64,000 bases of DNA, taken from Anaerolineaceae bacterium (GTDB taxonomy: Bacteria > Chloroflexota > Anaerolineae > Anaerolineales > Anaerolineaceae). The notes under the pieces were generated by a model. It had not been told where the DNA came from. It made no database searches and saw only the letters and a list, made by a program, of their open reading frames with translations. Each line of letters opens with the position of its first letter. Within the stretch, counting starts at the first letter, position 1. The DNA lies in contig JAYRQY010000108.1 in the NCBI GenBank assembly GCA_041910365.1, positions 1,799-65,798 of the forward strand, given 5' to 3'. Position numbers and translations under genes: made by a program. Of this stretch, positions 29,463-39,200 are shown one piece after another.

Positions 29463-30458
29463 TTATTGGGTGCCCTGCAGGCGCGGGTCAAATGCGTCGC
29501 GCAGACCATCCCCGAGGAAGGTGAACGCCAGCACGATCAAAGCCACGCAGATTGCAGGGGTCAGCAGCGCCCAGGGCTGCGCATTGATGGCGGTCTGACC
29601 ATCCAGCAGGAGCGCGCCCCACGAGGTGAGGAAGAAGTCATCCGGGTTGGTGGATGGGCGCAAGCCCAGCCCAAGGTAACCCAGGATGGCTTCGGTGATG
29701 ATCATACCAGGGATGGAGGTGGCAGCAATGATGATGATCGGACCCAGGCTGTTGGGCAGGAGGTGCTTGAACATGATGCGGCTGTCTCTGGCGCCAATGG
29801 CGCGGGCGGCTTCAACAAATTCCTTTTCCTTCAGCGAGAGCACTTGTCCGCGGACAATACGCGCCACGCCCACCCAGTTGACCACTGCCAGGGCACAGAA
29901 CAGCAGGAACAAGCCGTTCAGCAATTGCCCGATGGCGGTATCGCGCAGGGAAATCATCACGATGATAAAGAAGAGCAAATCCGGGAAGGCGTAGATGACA
30001 TCGGTAAACCGCATCAGCAGGTTGTCGATCCAGCCGCCGGCATAACCGGAGTACAAGCCCACCAGGGTTCCAATGAGCAGGATGAGCGTAGTTGGGATGA
30101 CGCCGACGACCATGGAAACCCGTGCTCCGTAGATTGTGCGGCTTAAGACGTCCCGGCCAAGGGTATCGGTGCCAAAAAGAAAATCTTTGTTGCCGGCTTC
30201 ACCGGTCGGACCATCTTTTACCCACGCTGGAGGTAGAAAATCTTTACCGGAATTCATTTCCAGCGGATTATGCGGCACGATCTTATTGGCAAATGCAGCA
30301 CCCAGGAAGAAGATGGCAATAATGACCATCGCTACAACGGCACCCTTATTGCGGATGAGACGGAACCAGGCATCCTTGAGTAAACTGCGCCGAGGGGTAC
30401 TTAAAACATTTAAATTCGCAATTTCAGTATTAGTATTTGTTGAGGTTGATTCAGCCAT
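29463..30458 (-). CDS. Oligopeptide/dipeptide ABC transporter permease (OppC/DppC-like)
   Basis: Six TM helices and the EAA-type loop EFVEAARAIGARDSRIMFKHLLPN. Confidence 0.88.
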   Translation of the reverse strand: MAESTSTNTNTEIANLNVLSTPRRSLLKDAWFRLIRNKGAVVAMVIIAIFFLGAAFANKIVPHNPLEMNSGKDFLPPAWVKDGPTGEAGNKDFLFGTDTLGRDVLSRTIYGARVSMVVGVIPTTLILLIGTLVGLYSGYAGGWIDNLLMRFTDVIYAFPDLLFFIIVMISLRDTAIGQLLNGLFLLFCALAVVNWVGVARIVRGQVLSLKEKEFVEAARAIGARDSRIMFKHLLPNSLGPIIIIAATSIPGMIITEAILGYLGLGLRPSTNPDDFFLTSWGALLLDGQTAINAQPWALLTPAICVALIVLAFTFLGDGLRDAFDPRLQGTQ

Positions 30459-30469
30459 TCAAGCACTCC

Positions 30470-31471
30470 TCAGTCAGTTAACTTTATGCGTGGGTCAAGG
30501 AACACATACACCACATCCACCACCAGGTTCATCACTGCAACGATCACCGCAAAGATGATGGTGGTGCCCATGATCATGGAGTAATCGCGGTTGCTGATTG
30601 CTGTCACATAAGCACGCCCCATGCCCGGGAAGCCAAAAATGGTCTCGATGATGAAGGAACCGGTAACCAGACCTGCCAGCGCTGGACCCAGGAAAGTAAC
30701 CACGGGAATCATGGCGTTCTTGATCATATGGCGGTAGATGACAACGCGTTCTGCCAGCCCTTTGGCACGGGCAGTGCGGATATAGTCCATGCGCATCACT
30801 TCGAGCATGGAGGCGCGGGTAAGGCGGGCGGAGCGCGCCAGGGTGCCAAAGCCCAGCACGATTGCGGGCAGGATCCAAACTGTGAAGTCATCCCAACTGA
30901 TCGGGATAACGGGTACCCATTTGAGGGTCGATGCAAAAATAATGATAAGGAAAATCGCAATCACAAAGTTTGGAACGGAAATTCCAATGGTTGCGATGAA
31001 TAGGCTAATGTAATCGATCCAGGTGTTTTGTTTGAGCGCTGAAATGACGCCGGCAGGGATGCCAATAACCACGGCGAGCAGCAATGCCAGAACGCCCAGC
31101 CGCAGGGAATACCCTGCTTTGCTGTACAAAAAGCTTTTTCCAACTGGAGGGGTAAACAGGTACTGCTGAACAGTCATCCCTCTAACGCGGTAGGAGGGGC
31201 CCATGTTGCCGCAGATCAAACCGCAGGACCATTCCTTGGTAACGAGGTTGCGGCCGCCAATCAAATAAGACGTGAACTGGTAGAAGAGAGGTTTATCCAG
31301 GCCATAAAAAGCATTCAACCTTGCCTGCGCTACCGCATCCACCTGGCGGGAACTGGGATCGCGATCCCACGGTCCTCCGGGAGCGTTATGCATCAGGATG
31401 AAGGTCAACCCCGCCACGATTAAAACCACGGGGATCAACCAGAGAACTCTCCTTGCAATAAAACCTGTCAT
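30470..31471 (-). CDS. Oligopeptide/dipeptide ABC transporter permease (OppB/DppB-like)
   Basis: Start at MTGFIARRVLWLIPVV, preceded by AAGAGGTG. Conserved YIRTARAKGL loop. Confidence 0.88.
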   Translation of the reverse strand: MTGFIARRVLWLIPVVLIVAGLTFILMHNAPGGPWDRDPSSRQVDAVAQARLNAFYGLDKPLFYQFTSYLIGGRNLVTKEWSCGLICGNMGPSYRVRGMTVQQYLFTPPVGKSFLYSKAGYSLRLGVLALLLAVVIGIPAGVISALKQNTWIDYISLFIATIGISVPNFVIAIFLIIIFASTLKWVPVIPISWDDFTVWILPAIVLGFGTLARSARLTRASMLEVMRMDYIRTARAKGLAERVVIYRHMIKNAMIPVVTFLGPALAGLVTGSFIIETIFGFPGMGRAYVTAISNRDYSMIMGTTIIFAVIVAVMNLVVDVVYVFLDPRIKLTD

Positions 31472-31556
31472 AAAAACACCTCTTACGTTTAGGCTTTTGA
31501 CCGGCCAGGTTTGACCCTGGCCGGTCATCAATCACATTACAACTTGCAAAGCAATG

Positions 31557-33233
31557 TTACTTCTCGATGGTGATGCCGAGGGCGGAGTAAATGCCAGCCC
31601 AGCCGGAATCCATCGGGGTGGTGACGAGGTTCTTGACGTACGGTTTCACCAGGTAGGTGTTGACGTTGTTCCAGAAGAATGCAACGGGGGCACCATCGGT
31701 GAGGAGTTTCTGGGCATCAGCGTACAACTGCATACGTTTGGTGGTATCCAGTTCCTTGTCTGCTTCGGCTAACAATGCATCCAAATCAGGATTGGAGTAG
31801 GCAATGCGTTCGCCAAAGCCACCGGTCTTCCAGTAAACGGAGAGCCAGTTCTGAGGATCGGGATAGTCTGCGCACCAGCCGAGGATGTACATCTGCGGGG
31901 CAGTTGCTTTATCTTTGGTGAGGGCAGTGTAGGTGGTGGACTCAACCGGGTTGAGGGCGATGTCGATGCCGAGAACTTCTTTGTAGTTTGCAGCCAGCCA
32001 CTCATTGCGGGTGCGGTTGCGGGGGGTGTCAGAGAAGGTCGCGGTGATTTCGGGCAGTTTGTCGACAGAGCCGTATGAGGAATCTGCAATTGCCTGTTTG
32101 GCAGCCGCAGGATCAAAGCCCCAGCGGGATTCTTCAGCATCGTATCCGGGGAAGCCCTTCGGGATCCAGGTGAGGGTCGGTGAGCCTAAGCCCTTGAGGA
32201 CATCGGTCACCCAGCCTTCGCGGTCAAGAGCGTAAGCGAATGCTTCGCGCACTTTCTGATCGGTGAAGGGTTCTTTTTCCTGATGGAACATGTAAGCATA
32301 GGTGCAGGAGCCCGGATAGATCATGGCTTCCTTGCTCAAGGTCTCATCAGCCTGGACGGTCGCCAGGTCTTCGGCAGCCAAACCAACGATATCGAATTCG
32401 CCGTTCTTGTAGGCTTCGAAAGCCACTGCGGAATCGGTGATGTAGCGATATTCGAGGTTGACTTTGGCAAAGCCGCCCCAGTAATTGGGGTTGGGGGTGA
32501 AGTTGGCAACTGAGTTCGCTTCGAGGTTGGAGAGGATGAATTGACCATTACCAACATGGTTGGCAGCGGCGGTCCACCAGGTATCGGGATCGGTGGCCAC
32601 AATTTCTTCCTTGACCGGGTAGGTTACCCAGAGGGAAAGAACGGTGTGGATGTAGGGAGCCGGATTGGTGGTTCCAACTTTGAGGACGAGGCAGGTCTTC
32701 TGTTCGTAGTCGGTGCAGGGATTGCCATTGGTGTCATAGGCATGCACGGCGACTCCGGCTTTGAGGGCTGCCAGTTGCTCGGCGGTGGCGGTGGCCAGAT
32801 CGGCACCACGCCAGGCGGCTGCACCAGCGATATCATCGGTGATGGCAGCATATTCGCCAGCGGTGGCGGGGTCGATATTGCGCAGGAGTGAATACTCAAA
32901 ACGCTTGGCATTCAGGAGGCTGCCGTCGCTGTATTTGAGGTTCTTGCGCAGGGTGAAGGTCACCTCAGTCGCATCGGCGTTGTATTCCCACTTCTCAGCG
33001 GAGCCGGGAACCGTTTCGAGCTTGGTGTTCAATTTGGTCAAACCTTCGTACATCAGCTGCAGGTGTGCAATCTCATTGACGAAGGAAGCTTTTTGCGGGT
33101 CGAGAATATCGGGATAAGTTCCCAGGTTGATCCGCAACGTCTGGCTTGGGGCTTCAGGAGCTTTCTGGCAGGCACCCAATACCATGCTGGCGATAACCAG
33201 CACAACAACTAAAACTAACCACTTAGAACGCAT
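31557..33233 (-). CDS. ABC transporter substrate-binding lipoprotein, family 5 (peptide type), about 558 aa
   Basis: Start at MRSKWLVLVVVLVIASMVLGAC (lipobox), preceded by AGGAGGAG. Confidence 0.88.
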   Translation of the reverse strand: MRSKWLVLVVVLVIASMVLGACQKAPEAPSQTLRINLGTYPDILDPQKASFVNEIAHLQLMYEGLTKLNTKLETVPGSAEKWEYNADATEVTFTLRKNLKYSDGSLLNAKRFEYSLLRNIDPATAGEYAAITDDIAGAAAWRGADLATATAEQLAALKAGVAVHAYDTNGNPCTDYEQKTCLVLKVGTTNPAPYIHTVLSLWVTYPVKEEIVATDPDTWWTAAANHVGNGQFILSNLEANSVANFTPNPNYWGGFAKVNLEYRYITDSAVAFEAYKNGEFDIVGLAAEDLATVQADETLSKEAMIYPGSCTYAYMFHQEKEPFTDQKVREAFAYALDREGWVTDVLKGLGSPTLTWIPKGFPGYDAEESRWGFDPAAAKQAIADSSYGSVDKLPEITATFSDTPRNRTRNEWLAANYKEVLGIDIALNPVESTTYTALTKDKATAPQMYILGWCADYPDPQNWLSVYWKTGGFGERIAYSNPDLDALLAEADKELDTTKRMQLYADAQKLLTDGAPVAFFWNNVNTYLVKPYVKNLVTTPMDSGWAGIYSALGITIEK

Positions 33234-33337
33234 CTTGATTCTCCTCCTTTTCAGAACAAACAAGAATGGTTTTTTGGTGCTGCTGCTCATAACACAAAGG
33301 AATCCGGTTCTCTCCTGAAGAACCATATCCTCGCAGC

Positions 33338-34321
33338 TTATTTCACCAAGTGACAGGCCACAAAATGGCCTGGTATCACCTCACGGGTTTCAGGCTTTTG
33401 CTGCGCGCAGATATCGATGGCGAGCGGGCAGCGCGTGCGGAAACGGCAGCCTGAAGGCGGATTGGCGGGAGAAGGAACATCTCCCTGCAGGATCTTGCGC
33501 TGCCGCTTCTCCTCGACCCTCGGGTCGGGGATGGGCACCGCAGAAAGCAACGCCTGGGTGTAGGGGTGCAGGGGGTTGTTGTAAAGTTCTTCGCGCGGGG
33601 CGAGTTCGACGAGGACGCCCAGGTACATAACGGCGACTCGATTGCTGATATGCTTGACCATTGAGAGGTCATGCGCAATAAAGAGATAGGTTAAGTTAAA
33701 TTGTTTCTGCAGGTCTTCAAGCAGGTTCACCACCTGTGCCTGGATGGACACATCCAGCGCGGAGATGGGTTCATCGCAGACGATGAGCGAGGGTTTTAAT
33801 GCCAGGGCGCGGGCAACCCCCACACGCTGGCGCTGGCCGCCGGAGAATTCGTGCGGGTAGCGGTTGGCATATGCAGGATTCAACCCCACAATGCTCAGCA
33901 GGTTCTCAACTTCTTTGTCTGCGCCTTTTTTATCGGTAATGCCATGCACGAGCAGGGGTTCCCCGATGATCTGACCAATGGTCATGCGCGGATTAAGGGA
34001 GGCATAAGGATCCTGGAAGATCATCTGCATTTTACGGCGCATCATGCGCAGTTTTTCGCGCTTCATCGATACGAGATCAGCGCCTTCGAAATAAACATGC
34101 CCGGCAGTGGGGGTCTGCAGCTGAAGGATGTTACGCCCTGTGGTTGATTTTCCGCAACCGGATTCTCCAACCAGCCCCAGGGTTTCGCCCCGGTGAATAT
34201 CAAATGAAACGCCGTCAACAGCCCGAACAGCGCCTACCTTTTTTCTGAAGAACCCACCTTTGTAGATCGGGAAGTGTTTGACGAGACCGTCAACCTTTAA
34301 TAGAATTTCTTTGTCAGTCAT
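33338..34321 (-). CDS. Oligopeptide ABC transporter ATP-binding protein (OppF/DppF-like)
   Basis: Walker [10 protein letters not shown], signature FSGGQRQR, and a C-terminal oligopeptide-type extension with Cys residues. Its start overlaps the upstream stop by 1 nt. Confidence 0.9.
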   Translation of the reverse strand: MTDKEILLKVDGLVKHFPIYKGGFFRKKVGAVRAVDGVSFDIHRGETLGLVGESGCGKSTTGRNILQLQTPTAGHVYFEGADLVSMKREKLRMMRRKMQMIFQDPYASLNPRMTIGQIIGEPLLVHGITDKKGADKEVENLLSIVGLNPAYANRYPHEFSGGQRQRVGVARALALKPSLIVCDEPISALDVSIQAQVVNLLEDLQKQFNLTYLFIAHDLSMVKHISNRVAVMYLGVLVELAPREELYNNPLHPYTQALLSAVPIPDPRVEEKRQRKILQGDVPSPANPPSGCRFRTRCPLAIDICAQQKPETREVIPGHFVACHLVK

Positions 34322-35307
34322 TAGCGTTCCTTCCCGGTGGTGGGGTTGACCCAACATGCGGACGTGTGTTCCGTGCCGACTTTCATCAGTTTTGGATTTT
34401 CATTCAGACACCGGTCAATTTTGTACGTGCAGCGCGGGGCAAACGGGCACGAGGTCGGTTTGCTGTAAAGTACCGGAGGCAGCCCTTCGATCGAAGTGAG
34501 GCGGTGAGGACCTGATTCATCCAGGCGGGGGAGGCTGCCGAGCAATCCCAGCGTATAGGGATGCTGCGGATTGGCATAAATGTCTTTCACCAATGCTTCC
34601 TCGATGATGTAACCGCCGTACATCACTGCAACGCGGTCTGCCAACCCGGCAATAATGCCAAGGTCGTGCGTGATCCAGATCATCGCCATGCCAAGTTCGT
34701 CGCGGATGCGTTTGACCAGCTCAACGATCTGTGCCTGGATGGTCACATCCAGGGCAGTGGTGGGTTCATCCGCCATGAGGATCTGCGGGTTGCAGGTGAG
34801 CGCCATGGCGATCATCGCGCGCTGGCGCATGCCGCCCGAGAATTGGTGGGGGTAATCATTCAGGCGATCCTTGGGATTGGGGATGCCAACCAGTTTCAGC
34901 ATCTCGGCGGCGCGTTCCAGCGCCTGTGCCCGGTTCATATTCATGTGGGTTTCCAATGGCTCTGTCAACTGGCGCCCAATGGTCAGCACCGGGTTGAATG
35001 AGGTCATGGGGTCCTGAAAGATCATGGCAATCTGCGAACCGCGGATATGCCGGATCTCTTCATCAGAAATGTGCAGCAGGTCCTTGCCCTGGTAAAGGGC
35101 TTTTCCGCCAACCACCTTGCCTGGCGGCATGGGGATGATGCGCAGCATCGACATAACGGTGACGCTCTTGCCGCAGCCGCTTTCGCCTACGATGCCCAGC
35201 GTTTCGCCTTCTTTAAGATGAAAAGAGACGCCGTTTACCGCATGCACCGTCCCTTCTCTTGTTCGAAAATGAGTTTCCAAATCCTGCACATTAAGCAACT
35301 CGGCCAT
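34321..35307 (-). CDS. Oligopeptide ABC transporter ATP-binding protein (OppD/DppD-like)
   Basis: Walker [10 protein letters not shown] and signature FSGGMRQR. Start at [10 protein letters not shown], preceded by AAGGTGA. Confidence 0.9.
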   Translation of the reverse strand: MAELLNVQDLETHFRTREGTVHAVNGVSFHLKEGETLGIVGESGCGKSVTVMSMLRIIPMPPGKVVGGKALYQGKDLLHISDEEIRHIRGSQIAMIFQDPMTSFNPVLTIGRQLTEPLETHMNMNRAQALERAAEMLKLVGIPNPKDRLNDYPHQFSGGMRQRAMIAMALTCNPQILMADEPTTALDVTIQAQIVELVKRIRDELGMAMIWITHDLGIIAGLADRVAVMYGGYIIEEALVKDIYANPQHPYTLGLLGSLPRLDESGPHRLTSIEGLPPVLYSKPTSCPFAPRCTYKIDRCLNENPKLMKVGTEHTSACWVNPTTGKER

Positions 35308-35383
35308 GCAATTATCACCTTTGGGCTTGGGATGGCATTTAAATAAAAATAGAATACAGACAATGCTAAAATTGGTACACAAA

Positions 35384-35412
35384 AGTATACACTGTTCGCC
35401 AGAGAGTGTCAA
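35384..35412 (-). promoter_or_regulatory. Near-consensus sigma70-type promoter for the peptide ABC operon
   Basis: Minus strand reads TTGACA-17 nt-TATACT, about 70 nt upstream of the ATG at 35307. Confidence 0.6.
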
Positions 35413-35464
35413 ACAAGATTAAAATTTTATAATCTAACGGTTTTCTTAAGGAAGAAGGGAATTT

Positions 35465-36205
35465 ATGGAAGAAATAACCCCGCTTGCCGCCCTGAACCAA
35501 ATGCAGGTGAATTATGCCTTCTATTTTTCTGATCGACGAAACCCGCCGATCTTTCAATCCAATCACCTGCTCTTCCGTTCCGCTTCCATAATCAAGATTC
35601 CCATCCTGCTGGCATGGCTTGAACTGGAAAGGGAAGGCTTGTTGGACCGCAGCAAACCTTGCCGGCTGGATGCAGAAGCGCAAGTTGGCGGGGCGGGCTT
35701 TGCACGGCAATTTCTCACGCGTGAGATCACCTTTGCCGATGTGCTGTTGATGATGATCGCCACCTCGGATAACCTGTGCACCAATCTCGTGCTTCAAGAG
35801 ATCGGGCTGCCGCGGTTGCAGCAGGTGATGCAGGAGAAACTTGGGTTGCACCAGACCCGCTGTGAGCGCAAGCTGATGGATTACGCCGCCCGGGAGCGCG
35901 GACTGGATAACATCATCGATGCCCGGGAGTGCATCCAATTCTTCCGCCTGGTGGAGCGCCTCCCCGCTGCTGACCGGGATTGGGCAAGGTCGTTATTGCT
36001 TGCCAATACGGACGCCGCTTTGTTTTTGCGGTCCATCCCCCGCGATACGATAGATTTCTTCCACAAAACCGGCTCGATCACCGGCGTGCTGCATGATTGG
36101 GGGTTCACAGACCAATGCGAGATGTTCCTGCTTACTGAGAACGTTACGGATGAACCAGCCGTCTTTGAAGTGTTTGGCGCGCTTGGTAAAAAGTTTCTTT
36201 GTTAA
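35465..36205 (+). CDS. Class A beta-lactamase-fold serine hydrolase, no signal peptide (function unknown)
   Basis: SxxK (SIIK), SDN (TSDNLC), ExxL-like (ERKLM) and KTG (HKTGS) motifs in the canonical order. 246 aa with no N-terminal hydrophobic segment. Confidence 0.7.
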   Translation: MEEITPLAALNQMQVNYAFYFSDRRNPPIFQSNHLLFRSASIIKIPILLAWLELEREGLLDRSKPCRLDAEAQVGGAGFARQFLTREITFADVLLMMIATSDNLCTNLVLQEIGLPRLQQVMQEKLGLHQTRCERKLMDYAARERGLDNIIDARECIQFFRLVERLPAADRDWARSLLLANTDAALFLRSIPRDTIDFFHKTGSITGVLHDWGFTDQCEMFLLTENVTDEPAVFEVFGALGKKFLC

Positions 36206-36214
36206 TACTTTTTC

Positions 36215-37237
36215 CTACAGGTAGCTGCAAGCCCCCGCAAATGTATCCTTCAGATGCGGCACCTTTTGGATATCGTCCACATACACTCCATTGCGGCTGC
36301 GGGATGAGTGGATAATCTGCCACCCGCCCAGGCTGATGCCCACATGGGTGATGCGCTCCAGGTTATCTTCGTCACCGAAGAACACGAGGTCACCCCGGTT
36401 GAACGGTTGCTCAATTTTCCGCCCTGCAGCCTTCTGCATATCCGCATCACGCGGGATGTCGAGCCCGGCAAAGCGGTGACAAAGCTGGGCAAGCCCGGAA
36501 CAATCAATGCCGTTGGTGGTGCAGCCTCCCCACAGGTACGGTACCCCTTTAAGGCGGAAAGCTGCATCAAGGACCGCCTGCCTTTTCACCTCTTCAGTGC
36601 CTGGCAGTTCGTTTATCGCAGCCAGTTTCCCCGCATGCACCCAACCGCCCGGCATGGCGCACGGCAAAGGTTCGGCATGCGGATTAACGTATGCCCATTC
36701 TCCCTCAACACGGGCAACTGCCACCCGGGTTCCGGAGTACAGCCGGGAAGCATGGGGGAAAGTCCTCTCAGGTTTATCGAACAAGCCGGCTTGCAGGGAG
36801 GTTACGAGATGCGTCGGCTGTTGGGGGGGAAGCTTTGAAAGATATGGTCGGTAGATCCACGAAAGGTAGCCGTCGTCCTGGCTCACAAAGACCCAGTTCC
36901 CCTCCTCCTTGAGCACCTCCAGCCTGACGCCATAAACGCATTGTGTGAGCTGTTCAGCCAGCCAGGAAGGCTCTGCGTGCATGCTGGTGAAGTTGACGGC
37001 ACACCACAAATACACGCCGCGGCGCAGGATTTTCACTCCGCTGGTATCCACATCCGCACCGGGCATAGCCTCTTTGATCATCGCCACTGCCCGGGTCAGC
37101 GTCGCCTCGTCCAGCACCGCCCCGGATAAAGTGATCTTGCCGGCTTGTTGCTGCACCTGGACATCAAAGAGGGCAGTGCGCCTGTCATTATTTGCCTGGA
37201 TGATCCGGTTAACCACAGTTGATAAATTTGCGTCCAT
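36215..37237 (-). CDS. NlpC/P60 (C40) peptidase with N-terminal SH3b-like domains (YkfC-like gamma-D-glutamyl-L-diamino acid endopeptidase)
   Basis: Catalytic region GVPYLWGG..GIDCSGL ... ITHVGI. No signal peptide. Adjacent to the dipeptide epimerase gene. Confidence 0.8.
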   Translation of the reverse strand: MDANLSTVVNRIIQANNDRRTALFDVQVQQQAGKITLSGAVLDEATLTRAVAMIKEAMPGADVDTSGVKILRRGVYLWCAVNFTSMHAEPSWLAEQLTQCVYGVRLEVLKEEGNWVFVSQDDGYLSWIYRPYLSKLPPQQPTHLVTSLQAGLFDKPERTFPHASRLYSGTRVAVARVEGEWAYVNPHAEPLPCAMPGGWVHAGKLAAINELPGTEEVKRQAVLDAAFRLKGVPYLWGGCTTNGIDCSGLAQLCHRFAGLDIPRDADMQKAAGRKIEQPFNRGDLVFFGDEDNLERITHVGISLGGWQIIHSSRSRNGVYVDDIQKVPHLKDTFAGACSYL

Positions 37238-37250
37238 TCAGGCTCCGTTT

Positions 37251-38273
37251 CTACTCATGCTTCAAAACTGCGCCGATCCCGGGTCTGTCAGGGAGGCTCA
37301 CCGTGCCGGATTCATCAAAGTGCATGCCCTCAAATGGGTCGTTGGAGATCAATACCGGGGCATCCAGGTCCAGCCAGTCTGCCATGCCGGCCAGGTGTGC
37401 CATGGCAGTGACGCCGATCGATGTTTCGATCATGCAGCCAAGCATCACCTTCAACCCCAGTTCGCGGCTCAACTTTAGCATCGCCAGCGTGGAGGTCAGA
37501 CCGCCTGCTTTCATCAACTTGAGGTTGATGCCCTTCACACCGGCCTTTGCCAGCGCTTTAACATCAGCAACGGTTTGCACAGATTCATCGGCAACCACGG
37601 GAACGCTGGTGAAGCTTTGCACGATGCCCATCCCCTCGATATCGTCTTTTGCCACCGGTTGTTCGATCGTTTCAAGCTCAAAACGTTCCAATTCGCGCAC
37701 GAGCATCACGGCGTCTTCGGCATTCCAGCCGCCATTCAAATCCACGCGTAAATTGGCATCCGGCCGTGCATCCCGGATCGCCCCAAGCCGCGAAATATCC
37801 TGCCCATCGCCGGCCAGCTTGATCTTGAGGATGGAATATTTGATGAATTTTTTCGCCATCGCTGCCATTTTTGCCGGCGTATCCACGGCAATGGTGAAGG
37901 CGCTTTTCATCGGTTTTGGCTGCGGTAATCCCAATAATGTGTACAGTGGCTGCCCGGTCATGCGTCCGATGCGGTCGTGCAAAGCCAGGTCAATTGCGCA
38001 GCGGGCAACCGCAGGTCCTTCTGTGCCGACCCATTTGCCAATCTCCTCAACGTGGTCCGGAAAGGGCACCTGGCTTTCGGCGGCTTTCTGCCATCGCTTT
38101 TCTGTTTCAGCCTGATCAACATGATAATACGGCGGGATGGTGCCTTCTCCCCAGCCGACATCATCTGCCAGCCGGAGCCAGTAAGCCTGCCGCTCCTCCG
38201 TCGTCCCATAGGAGAGACGGAACGGGTTCGTTAATTTCAGCGTAATCTTTTCCCAGGTTAATCGAGGTTCCAT
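37251..38273 (-). CDS. Dipeptide epimerase, enolase superfamily (L-Ala-D/L-Glu epimerase, YkfB/YcjG-like)
   Basis: MLE-subgroup pattern: KIKL, DLNGGW, IEQP, ADES, and a late K (NLKLMKAGG). Start at MEPRLTWEKITL, downstream of the rsgA stop. Confidence 0.8.
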   Translation of the reverse strand: MEPRLTWEKITLKLTNPFRLSYGTTEERQAYWLRLADDVGWGEGTIPPYYHVDQAETEKRWQKAAESQVPFPDHVEEIGKWVGTEGPAVARCAIDLALHDRIGRMTGQPLYTLLGLPQPKPMKSAFTIAVDTPAKMAAMAKKFIKYSILKIKLAGDGQDISRLGAIRDARPDANLRVDLNGGWNAEDAVMLVRELERFELETIEQPVAKDDIEGMGIVQSFTSVPVVADESVQTVADVKALAKAGVKGINLKLMKAGGLTSTLAMLKLSRELGLKVMLGCMIETSIGVTAMAHLAGMADWLDLDAPVLISNDPFEGMHFDESGTVSLPDRPGIGAVLKHE

Positions 38274-38286
38274 TGCCCAATCCTTT

Positions 38287-39198
38287 TTATGCATCGCCGA
38301 GGCGCATGCGAATGTACGACTCATAACGTTCCACGCTCACCTTGCCTTCTTCCACTGCGCGCACCACGGCGCAGCCCGGATCGTCCATGTGGGTGCAATC
38401 GTTAAACTGGCATTGCGATACCAGCCCGCGCAATTCCGGAAAGTACCCATCCAGTTCTTCCGGCTGGGTATCCCACAGCGAAAGCCGGCGCAGCCCCGGC
38501 AGGTCGGCCACGTAACCGCCGCAATCCAAAGGAAACATCTCGCGCACGGCGGTGGTATGCCGCCCGCGTTCATTGAACTTGCTAATCTCGCGCACAGCCA
38601 GCCCCAACCCCGGTTGAAGCGCGTTGAGCAGGCTGGACTTGCCCACCCCGGACGGTCCGGTCAGTGCCGACAGCTTATCCTGCAGGGTTTGCTGCAATTG
38701 TTTCAACCCCTCGCCTTTGGCTGCCGAGGTATAAAGCACGGGGTAGCCCAGGTCCGGGTAGATCGAAAAAATCTTTTTTGCAGCGCGCAAGCCCACCAGG
38801 TCCACCTTGTTCGCCACGATCACCGCCTTCAGTCCCTGTTTTTCGGCGATGACCAAAAAACGGTCCAGCATTCGTAAATGAGGTTCGGGATGGGCACAGG
38901 CAAACACTGCCACCAACTGGTCCGGGTTGGAGAGCAAAATCTGCCGGAACATCCCTTTTGGGGTTGGGTCAAGGCGAATGAGTTCGCTGTGCCGCGGTTC
39001 GATGGATTCGATCGCGCCGCTGCCATCCGTTTGCAGGCTTACCTGCACCCGGTCACCCACGCTGATGATATCTCCCTGGAAGCTGCGCCTTTTGAGCCGG
39101 CCGCGCAGGATGCAGGTGGTCTTTTTACCGTCCACCTGGACGGTGTAGAAACCGGATTGAAACCGCGTCACCCATCCTGGAACAGTATCCCGGCTCAT
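38287..39198 (-). CDS. rsgA: Ribosome small-subunit-dependent GTPase A
   Basis: OB-fold N-terminus, circularly permuted GTPase (NKVDL ... GPSGVGKSSL), and zinc knuckle CQFNDCTHMDDPGC. Confidence 0.9.
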   Translation of the reverse strand: MSRDTVPGWVTRFQSGFYTVQVDGKKTTCILRGRLKRRSFQGDIISVGDRVQVSLQTDGSGAIESIEPRHSELIRLDPTPKGMFRQILLSNPDQLVAVFACAHPEPHLRMLDRFLVIAEKQGLKAVIVANKVDLVGLRAAKKIFSIYPDLGYPVLYTSAAKGEGLKQLQQTLQDKLSALTGPSGVGKSSLLNALQPGLGLAVREISKFNERGRHTTAVREMFPLDCGGYVADLPGLRRLSLWDTQPEELDGYFPELRGLVSQCQFNDCTHMDDPGCAVVRAVEEGKVSVERYESYIRMRLGDA

Positions 39199-39200
39199 GG

